This document shows, piece after piece, positions 44,101 to 51,093 of a stretch of 64,000 bases of DNA. This DNA is from Myxococcota bacterium (GTDB lineage Bacteria > Myxococcota_A > UBA9160 > UBA4427). The stretch's first letter is position 1; each line of letters starts with the position of its first letter. Location: the NCBI GenBank assembly GCA_036336835.1, contig JAYZFK010000046.1, forward strand, positions 64,001 to 128,000, read 5' to 3'. The notes beneath the pieces were generated by a model that saw only the letters and a list, made by a program, of their open reading frames with translations, was not told where the DNA came from and ran no database searches. Position numbers and translations under genes: made by a program.

Positions 44101-44381
44101 GCCGTGACCCCGCAGGCTCCCTCCGCTGCGCTCGATGTCAGCTTCTCGATCCCGGTGATGCCCTGGATCTCCTCCTCGATCCGGATGCAGACGCCCTCCT
44201 CGACCTCTTCGGGTGCAGCTCCGAGATAGGTCACACCGACGTTGACGATCGGACGGTCGATGTCCGGAAAGCTCTTGACCTGTACGCGGTACATCGCCGT
44301 GATGCCGCCGACCACGAGCAGCGCCATCAACAGGTTGGCCGCGACGTGGTTGCGCGCGAACCAGGCAATCACGCCCGTCAC
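41166..44381 (-). CDS. RND efflux permease subunit (AcrB family)
   Basis: 1071 aa; GLLVDDAIVVGEN, RFRPIVLTS. Confidence 0.95.
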   Translation of the reverse strand: MTGVIAWFARNHVAANLLMALLVVGGITAMYRVQVKSFPDIDRPIVNVGVTYLGAAPEEVEEGVCIRIEEEIQGITGIEKLTSSAAEGACGVTAELLQGYPVDRALSEIKNAVDSITTFPEETEKPIVNYVSSRRTAMQIAVSGNTDERSLKVFGERVRDGISSLPEVTQVDLFNARRYEIAIEVAEETLRRYGLSFDEVVRAVRRGSLDRPGGSIKTRAGEVLLRTKGQAYSAPEFERIVVRTREDGTRLLLGEIANVVDGFEEDERYATFDGNPAVTVKVDRVGEQSVLEVVEATNQYLIEMQARLPEGIELTVWRDSSQGLRDRLSLMFRNGATGFVLVFIVLALFLRLRLAIWVSIGVPISMLGALYVFPMAGVSIDVISSFGFIMVLGLLVDDAIVVGENIHRHQENAEDPLDSAIRGAQEVAVPVIFGVLTTIAAFLPMLLAPGEMGQIFGAIAMTVILCLIFSVIESQLVLPAHLGHMKVSSEEKPVAPGTLAARFRAAQRRMSGSLEWVARVVYAPRLESALVWRYAVIAAGVGILAVSIASLRYGIGDARLFFSFFPPIESDYLIADITMPQGTPVERTEAAVFELEAAAYRLKQELDAEYTVDGESLIKHVMVSVGQQPLNIAGGPDNENRTSGSQLGEVVIEVLSGDVRPLSAKDITRRWQAQARPIPDVEKLEFRSDFFSLGDPIEIQLDSADADDLRAAATRLKQELATYAGVSEINDSFSEGKQEIKLSILPAAETLGLTLDDLARQVRQAFYGAEAQRIQRGRDDIRVMIRYPLDQRRALADLDSLRIRTPTGGEVPFYMVARVELGRGFSTIRRANRKRVINVTAELDETQASAGEVIADLQAEFLPTLAADYPGLGYGLEGQQAEQSQSVGSLALDYPLALILIYALLAIPLRSYFQPLIIMAVIPFGLVGAIFGHWFMYFAREIFTDWTFNYSMMSIFGVVALTGVVVNSSLVLVHYVNGRRARGVPIEDAVREAGVARFRPIVLTSITTFAGLTPMLRETSVSAQFLIPMATSLGFGVLFGSAISLLLVPCLYMVSEDVRQFVHGKTLTQVN

Positions 44382-45565
44382 GTACCCGCCTCGGCTAGCG
44401 TGGCCGCGTCATCGGCTACTCGAACCTGCATGCCATCGATCGCGGCCCCGAGCGGCGACACGCAGACGCGGTCGCCCGGAGCGAGCCCCTCGCCGATCAC
44501 CACGCGGTCGCGCTCGTTGCGCAGCACGTCGACCTCGCGGATGCGAAGCTGATTATTCGCGTCGACGAGATAGACACGATCATCCCCGCGTATCGCGGTT
44601 TGCGGCAACAGATATGCCTCGGGGACGCTGCGGCCCGCGATCTCGGCTGCCACGAACAAACCGACGGCCAGCGGCGCGTCGCTCCCGCTTCCATAGGGAT
44701 CGGCGACCTCCGCGACGACGTGCACCATCCGGCTGCGCGGATCGAGCTCGGCCTCGGTCCGCACGATCGTGCCATGCCAGACGCGCTCGCGGCCGGCGAA
44801 CTCGGCGGTCAGCTTCACGGCTGGACCCGGCTGCTCCCGCGAAGCCCCTGCCGGCTCGCCGGACAGCGGCAAGTCCAGATAGGCGAGCTCGCGGTCGGGC
44901 AGCGGCAGTCGGACCTCGGCGAAGTCGACTGAGTAGAGCGTCGCGATCGTGGTTCCGCGCTGCACGAACTGACCGACGTCAACCTGCTCGGAGCGCACCC
45001 TGCCGGCGTAGGGCGCGCGGATCTCGGCACGCTCGAGGTCACGAGCTGTACGCGAGCGTCGAGCGCGGGCCTCTCGCAGCACGGCGTGCGTCACGCGGAA
45101 CGCGTTCTCGGCATCGTCGATCCGCGCCTGGCTCGCCACCGACTGATCCGCCAGCTGGCGCTGGCGATCGCGCTCCGTGTTAGCACGCTGGAACTCGCTC
45201 TCGGCGCGCGCGACGCTCGCACGCGCCGCCGCGAGCTCGACCTCGTGGTCGGCGCGATCGATTCGCAGGAGGGGCTCGCCGCGCTCGAAGAAGCCGCCCG
45301 CCGCGAGCGACCGCGACACCCACACGACCTCTCCCGATACTTGCGACACCAGATCGCTCTCGCTGCGCGGCGTGACGCTGCCGTGTGCTCGCACCATGAA
45401 GCGGAACTCCTGCGGCTTCGCCAGTTCGACACGCACCAGCGGCGCCGTCGGCGGGCGCTCCGGTTGGATAGGCTTGCTCGCGAAAAACTGGAGCGAGACG
45501 ATCAAATAAATCGTTCCCGCCACGATCAGGCCGATGACTTCGAGCTGGAATCGTCTTCTCTTCAT
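44378..45565 (-). CDS. RND periplasmic adaptor (membrane fusion protein)
   Basis: N-terminal TM, lipoyl halves (QVSGEV, IRAPYAG), coiled hairpin. Confidence 0.92.
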   Translation of the reverse strand: MKRRRFQLEVIGLIVAGTIYLIVSLQFFASKPIQPERPPTAPLVRVELAKPQEFRFMVRAHGSVTPRSESDLVSQVSGEVVWVSRSLAAGGFFERGEPLLRIDRADHEVELAAARASVARAESEFQRANTERDRQRQLADQSVASQARIDDAENAFRVTHAVLREARARRSRTARDLERAEIRAPYAGRVRSEQVDVGQFVQRGTTIATLYSVDFAEVRLPLPDRELAYLDLPLSGEPAGASREQPGPAVKLTAEFAGRERVWHGTIVRTEAELDPRSRMVHVVAEVADPYGSGSDAPLAVGLFVAAEIAGRSVPEAYLLPQTAIRGDDRVYLVDANNQLRIREVDVLRNERDRVVIGEGLAPGDRVCVSPLGAAIDGMQVRVADDAATLAEAGT

Positions 45566-46254
45566 CACCCGTGCTCCGAATGCCGAAGGGCCTGCGCTCG
45601 GATCCCCGCCGCGCAATAGCTCACCAGCGCTTCGACCAGCTGCTCGTCGCGCGGGTAGCCGGCGTCCGAATCCGCACCCGTCTCGAGATGGCCGCCCACG
45701 ACGTGAACCATCACGCCGACGGTGAACTGGAAGGCGAGGGAGAGCTGCTCGGACGAAGCGGCGGGCAGCGCGCGCCCCAGCAGCAGGGTCATTCGATCGC
45801 GCAGTGGCCCGAACAGATCGCGCTTGAGCTCCGCTACGATTTCGGGCGGGTCGGCGTACAGCCGCGCCGCGACCGCGCGTGACTCGAGCTGGCGATCGGG
45901 CGGCTGCAGCACCGCCGGCGCCAGGAAGGCGCGCAGTAGATCCTCGAGGAACTGCGCAGGCGGACCAGATCGCAGCTCCACCTCGTCGAGCGCTCGCATC
46001 CGCTCCTGGTTGAGCGGCCCGATCAGCCGCTGGCAGACCGCCGAGAGCAGCTCGCGCTTCGAGCCGAAGTGATAGTTGGCTGCGGACACACTCACACCCG
46101 CCGCGGTCGTCACCGCGCGAATCGAGGTCCCGGTGTAGCCGCGCTCGGCGAACAGCCGAGCAGCGGCATCGAGCAGCCTCTCGCGCGTCATGTCCGCGCG
46201 CGACATGCGCTGATCGCCAGCGGGCAGATTGGTCGCCGATGCGTCGATCGCCAT
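45565..46254 (-). CDS. TetR family regulator (PsrA-like)
   Basis: RERLLDAA..LFAERG, NYHFGSK helix-turn-helix; stop overlaps the adaptor start. Confidence 0.92.
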   Translation of the reverse strand: MAIDASATNLPAGDQRMSRADMTRERLLDAAARLFAERGYTGTSIRAVTTAAGVSVSAANYHFGSKRELLSAVCQRLIGPLNQERMRALDEVELRSGPPAQFLEDLLRAFLAPAVLQPPDRQLESRAVAARLYADPPEIVAELKRDLFGPLRDRMTLLLGRALPAASSEQLSLAFQFTVGVMVHVVGGHLETGADSDAGYPRDEQLVEALVSYCAAGIRAQALRHSEHG

Positions 46255-46270
46255 GGGCCTCTCACCAATT

Positions 46271-46315
46271 CGAACAGTTGTTCGGAACGTACGTTCTATT
46301 GGTGCTGAAAGTCAA
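46271..46315 (-). promoter_or_regulatory. Promoter of the tetR-RND operon with tandem palindromic operators
   Basis: Minus strand TTGACT-18 nt-TACGTT; palindromes CGAACagttGTTCG (46271-46284) and GAACgtacGTTC (46285-46296) overlap or follow the -10. Confidence 0.7.
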
Positions 46316-46446
46316 ATTCGAAGTCGCTCGACAGAAATCCTGGAGCGGATATTCTCATTTATTTACAGTGACTTGAAGGTTCGACGTGCACGTGCTCCCG
46401 CCGCGCACTGTTGACAGGCCGCCTCCTCACCACCTATCCAACTGTT

Positions 46447-46577
46447 GAATATCGAGCGTGTGCGCCGCCGTTCACGCTCTGGGAAGGAGAAGCTCGACGC
46501 CCGGCTATCACCGGCGTCGGCTTCGGCTGTCGAGGGTCGCGGTGCCGGGAAACCGGTCCGCGGCCCTCATCCCTTCC
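46447..46577 (+). ncRNA. Candidate structured small RNA
   Basis: TTGACA at 46411; three hairpins including a GAAA tetraloop; closing helix GGAAGG/CCTTCC. Confidence 0.4.
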
Positions 46578-46626
46578 GGGTGCGCCGCGCGAATGGACCG
46601 CGAGTCCGGTCCAGCTGCGCGCGGGG

Positions 46627-46642
46627 TGTGACGACGATCACA
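46627..46642. promoter_or_regulatory. CRP-family binding site
   Basis: Exact TGTGA-N6-TCACA in an intergenic region. Confidence 0.55.
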
Positions 46643-46906
46643 CCGCACCGGTCGACCGACCTGCGCGGCGCCGTCCACCCTCCTCCGAGAGCTGCCATCG
46701 GGAACGAGCATCGCGACGCCGATACGTAGGGTATCGGCTACGAATTGTTGTCCCCTCGGTACCCCGTTCGGCCGAAGAGGCATTTCGCGCAGCGGCAGCG
46801 CGGGCGACCCGCGAGGCGCACTCGACCACCTCGCCGCGCCAACGACGACTCTCGGTGTGTGCTCCAGGCAACGCATTCTGGCCGCACCCGGGAAAGGAGA
46901 GAGACG

Positions 46907-48139
46907 ATGCGACCCGTTCTTGCCCTGGTGCTTGCCCTGCTCGTGGCCCGTGCGTCGAGCGCACAGGATCTCTTCTCGGTCGACACCGGCGCAATCGGCA
47001 TCTCGGGTAGCGGCAACGACATCGTGCAGCTGATCGACGATCTCATCAATCAGACCGGAGACTTCACCGGCCTCGCACCCGAGACGAGCTACACCGGCAC
47101 GCTCGAATATGCTGGAGTGCCCAATGCGCTGGCCCTGAGCCTGAATCTCGCCAACTCGGCCATGCCGATCCTCAGCTTGACGATCCCGTCGGTTGGCACG
47201 AGCGAGATATTCAACGGTACGAGCCTCACAGACCTCGAGGACCAGATCGAGGACTGGATCAAGCACTCCGCCAGCGGGACCTGGGCAGAGTTTCTCGAGG
47301 CGATGAACGGGCTGTCCGCACTGACACTGCTCGACGGCAATCCGCGCGCATCGACGGCCCTGCTGGCAAACTCGGCCTACCGGCGCTTCGGCCTGAACGA
47401 CTCTCACAGCCGCCTCGGCTACATGGAGCAGGAGGTGACGCGCTTCGGAACCTTTGGCATCACGCTCGAAGTCGGCGCCGGCTCCGCCAGCACCAACCAG
47501 TTCAGCGGCCTCGATACCATCGACGGCAGTCTGGAGATCAGCGGCGAGTTCAACGACACGGTAGGCCTCGCCTTCTCGATCATCTCTCAATACCGCGACT
47601 ACAACACCGCCGAGCTGTACGACGTCGGCGTCGAACTCGGTCTCCCCATCCGACTGCGCCGTCCCGTCGAGGGCAAGAACCTGTACTGGGGCATCACACC
47701 GGTGTTGCAGGCCGGTGCCGGGCTATCGCCCGACTTCGCTGCCGGCGGCCTGTTCGTGGGCGGCGGCCTCGTCAACTCGATGGCTCTCCAGCTCGGCATC
47801 TTCGAGATCGGGATGGCCAACGAGCTGATCTACTACGGCGGCATTCCGATCAACGATATCAAGGGGTACGACTTCGACACGGAGCTCGACCAGCTGATCA
47901 CGAAGAACGGCCTGCGCATCGCCCTCCGGCCAATCGGCCTGTTCTACGCCGAGGGCGGCGTCAGCATCACCAACTTCCTGCTCGACCACGCCGCACTCGA
48001 CTACTACGTGACCCCCTTCGCGGGTGCCGGACTCCGACTGGGCCGCTACCTCGAGCTGCGAGCCAGCTACGAAGCCGACCTGGGAAAGCAGGGCTACCGA
48101 GGTCAACGAGCCCGCCTGGAGCTGGGAGCCTACTTCTAG
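46907..48139 (+). CDS. Exported protein, probable outer-membrane beta-barrel
   Basis: AAGGAG RBS; signal peptide ending ASSA-Q; alternating beta-strand pattern; C-terminal LELGAYF. Confidence 0.7.
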   Translation: MRPVLALVLALLVARASSAQDLFSVDTGAIGISGSGNDIVQLIDDLINQTGDFTGLAPETSYTGTLEYAGVPNALALSLNLANSAMPILSLTIPSVGTSEIFNGTSLTDLEDQIEDWIKHSASGTWAEFLEAMNGLSALTLLDGNPRASTALLANSAYRRFGLNDSHSRLGYMEQEVTRFGTFGITLEVGAGSASTNQFSGLDTIDGSLEISGEFNDTVGLAFSIISQYRDYNTAELYDVGVELGLPIRLRRPVEGKNLYWGITPVLQAGAGLSPDFAAGGLFVGGGLVNSMALQLGIFEIGMANELIYYGGIPINDIKGYDFDTELDQLITKNGLRIALRPIGLFYAEGGVSITNFLLDHAALDYYVTPFAGAGLRLGRYLELRASYEADLGKQGYRGQRARLELGAYF

Positions 48140-48228
48140 GATCAACCAACGAGCACCGCGAACCAGCCACGCCGCGCGAGCGGACGATAGGGCTTTCGCT
48201 CGGGCCAGGGTGTTGATACCAAGGACGT

Positions 48229-50256
48229 GTGCGACGGCATCTCTTCCTGCTCGCAACCGTGTCGTGGGGTCTTGCCTGTGGCGGACCCGCGCCGACCCCG
48301 AGCGCGGCGGCTCGCAGCGAAGCGCCAAGACACCCCAGAAACGCCCCGCAGGACTGCGACACAAGCGACCCGCGACGACCCGCCTGGTTTGGCGCGCTCC
48401 ACATCCACACTGCGCTCTCGATGGACGCCTGGAGCATGCAGACACGACTGCGTCCCGACGATGCCTACGCCTATGCGAGCGGCGAGCCCGTGGGCCTGCC
48501 GCCCTTCGACGCACAGGGCGAGCCGACCCGCGAAGTCGCCCTCGAACGCCCGCTCGACTTTGCGGCCGTGACGGACCACGCGGAGTTTCTCGGCGAGACC
48601 GAAATCTGCACCAACTCGGCCGTTGCTGGCTACGACACACCACGCTGCCAGCGCTATCGCGGCGAGGCTCCCTCCGAGTTCGCCGCATCGCTGCCCGAAG
48701 AGCTGCGAACGGCCGCCGCACTGTTCGAGTTCGTCTCGCTCGCAACTCAGTCGCCGCCGGCGCGCGATCCCGCGCTGTGCGGTCGCGACGGCCGCCGCTG
48801 CATCGAAGCCTCGCGCATCCCCTGGCGCGAGATCCAAACCGCGGCGGCGCGTTGGAACGACACCAGCGGCCGCTGCCGCTTCACGACTTTCGTCGCCTAT
48901 GAGTACACAGCGATGCCCGACTACAGCAATCTGCACCGCAACGTCGTGTTCCGAGACGCGCGCGTGCCTTCGGTGCCAATCGGATACTTCGAAGCTCCGA
49001 CGCCCGAGGCGCTGTGGCGCCGGCTCCGACGCGATTGCACAGACGCGGGCACCGGCTGCGACGTGTTGGCGATCCCGCACAACTCCAATCTCTCCAACGG
49101 ACGAATGTTCCGTCCCGACTATCCAGGAGCGGACTCGCGCGAGGAACAGGCAGCACTCGCACACGAGCGCAGCGCCATCGAGCCCATCGCCGAGATCTAC
49201 CAGCACAAGGGTGACTCAGAGTGTCGAAACGGATTCGCCAGCATCCTCGGCGAGCCCGACGAGCTGTGCGACTTCGAGAAATACCGTCCGCTCGAAGGCC
49301 AGGAGGATTGCGGCGACGGCACGGGCGCTGGTGCCATCCCCTTTGCGCGCGGCTGCGTGTCGCGCCGCGACTTCGTTCGTTATGCCTTGACCGAAGGACT
49401 TGCCGAGGCCGATCGCCTCGGGGCCAACCCGTTCAAACTCGGCATCATCGCGGCCACGGACACTCACGTCGCAATCGGCGGCAATGTCGACGAATGGAGC
49501 TATGCGGGCCATGGAGGCATCAGCGAAGCCACGGCCTCGGCGCGCGTCGGGGCGGCAACCGCGGCCTTCAGTCCCGGCGGCCTGGCCGGCATCTATGCAG
49601 AGGAGAACTCCCGAGAGTCGCTGTTCGACGCAATGCGCCGGCGCGAGACCTTTGGCACGAGCGGTCCCCGCATCCGGCCGCGTCTGTTTGGCGGCTGGGG
49701 CGACGCGTTCGCTGCGGATCTCTGCGCCGGCTCGGATTTCGTCGCACGCGGGTACGCCGAGGGAGTGCCGATGGGCGGTGACCTGCCGCGTCGTCCGCAG
49801 GCCAGCGGCGCGCCGCGCTTCGCGGTCTCTGCACTCGCCGACCCCGGCACCGCGAGCCGGCCGGGCGGGTTGCTGCAGCGCATCCAGATCATCAAGGGCT
49901 GGGCCGACGAACGGGGACGCCTGCATCAAGCGGTCTACGACGTGGCCGGAGGCGTGGACGCGAAGAGCGGCGTCGACCGGGCGACCTGCGAGCCACACGG
50001 CAACGGCGCGCGCGAGCTGTGCCAGGTCTGGAGCGACCCGGATTTCGACCCGGGGCATCGCGCGTACTACTACGCGCGTGTGCTCGAGAACCCTAGCTGT
50101 CGCTACGAAGCCTGGGATTGCATCCGCCTGGCCGACGAGCGGCCCGGCCGCTGCGGCGATCCGACCATCGATCGCACGGTCCAGGAGCGCGCCTGGACCT
50201 CGCCCATCTGGTACACGCCGAACGAGCATCCACCGGCGGCGGCGCAAGGCTCGTAG
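48229..50256 (+). CDS. DUF3604 family lipoprotein
   Basis: Lipobox GLAC; GALHIHT, TDHAE, NLHRNV, PHNSN, ATDTH, QERAWTSPIWY. Confidence 0.88.
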   Translation: MRRHLFLLATVSWGLACGGPAPTPSAAARSEAPRHPRNAPQDCDTSDPRRPAWFGALHIHTALSMDAWSMQTRLRPDDAYAYASGEPVGLPPFDAQGEPTREVALERPLDFAAVTDHAEFLGETEICTNSAVAGYDTPRCQRYRGEAPSEFAASLPEELRTAAALFEFVSLATQSPPARDPALCGRDGRRCIEASRIPWREIQTAAARWNDTSGRCRFTTFVAYEYTAMPDYSNLHRNVVFRDARVPSVPIGYFEAPTPEALWRRLRRDCTDAGTGCDVLAIPHNSNLSNGRMFRPDYPGADSREEQAALAHERSAIEPIAEIYQHKGDSECRNGFASILGEPDELCDFEKYRPLEGQEDCGDGTGAGAIPFARGCVSRRDFVRYALTEGLAEADRLGANPFKLGIIAATDTHVAIGGNVDEWSYAGHGGISEATASARVGAATAAFSPGGLAGIYAEENSRESLFDAMRRRETFGTSGPRIRPRLFGGWGDAFAADLCAGSDFVARGYAEGVPMGGDLPRRPQASGAPRFAVSALADPGTASRPGGLLQRIQIIKGWADERGRLHQAVYDVAGGVDAKSGVDRATCEPHGNGARELCQVWSDPDFDPGHRAYYYARVLENPSCRYEAWDCIRLADERPGRCGDPTIDRTVQERAWTSPIWYTPNEHPPAAAQGS

Positions 50257-50274
50257 CAGCGCGAATCGGCGGAG

Positions 50275-50748
50275 TCAGTCCGAGTGGTCGCGCCACCCCC
50301 CGAGTGCCGTCAACCCCACCGCGCCCACCAGGAACAAGCCGCCGACCGGCGCCAGAACAATCAGCAACCCGGGATCGCCCCCGTAGATGACTACACCGCC
50401 GAGGAAGAACCCGAGCGGCATCACCACGCCCGCTGACAGGAACAGCAGGGAGGCGGCGCGCAGCGCCGTCGCCGACAGCGCGAGTCGCGGCAAGGTCAAC
50501 GCAAAGCCGATATTGAGCACGCCGATCAGCGTTCCGTGAGTATGTGCCAGGGTCCAGACGAGGCGGCGCGCCTCGCTCGAGACGTCGAGATACAGCCCCA
50601 CCTTGAAGCCGTGCAGGATCTCGAGCGACACACCTAGCAAGACGTATACGAACACCAGCAGCCAGCCGAACCGCATGTGTCGCGCGCTCAGCGTCGCGAG
50701 GTCCATCCCGTCTCGAGACTCACTTCGGTCGTCAGCCGGCTCGGACAC
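50275..50748 (-). CDS. Hypothetical membrane protein (about 4 TM, His motif AHTHG)
   Basis: Hydrophobic ORF; GTG start 7 nt after TATGCT; alternative starts at 50706 and 50760. Confidence 0.7.
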   Translation of the reverse strand: MSEPADDRSESRDGMDLATLSARHMRFGWLLVFVYVLLGVSLEILHGFKVGLYLDVSSEARRLVWTLAHTHGTLIGVLNIGFALTLPRLALSATALRAASLLFLSAGVVMPLGFFLGGVVIYGGDPGLLIVLAPVGGLFLVGAVGLTALGGWRDHSD

Positions 50749-51093
50749 GACGCGCAGCATAGCGCGCGAGTGCCCCATTCCGAACGCTCCGATCCATCCG
50801 CCCGGCGATGCGTACGCCACGCGCGCTGACTTCGACGTCGTCGACAGCGAAGTCTGAAGGAGCAAGAGCTATGCGGCCGAATCTCGCCAGCCGGCCGTGT
50901 ACCGGTCGATCATCTCGTCCGAGCAGACACATGAGACGGGCACGGCGCCCCACGGCCTTCACCGCCCCGAGCCACGTCGCCGCAAGCATCCGCTCACGCG
51001 AGCTGCGACGCCGATTGGCAAGCTTGCTTCGCGCGGGAAGGCTCGCTGCGGGCAGGGTCTGGCGTGACCCGAGGGCAGGCGTCACTCCGCCGA

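Noticed and set aside
46350..46376. AT-rich patch as an IHF or attachment site
   Set aside because: Two mismatches to the IHF consensus and no integrase or tRNA nearby; more simply an UP-element-like tract between divergent promoters
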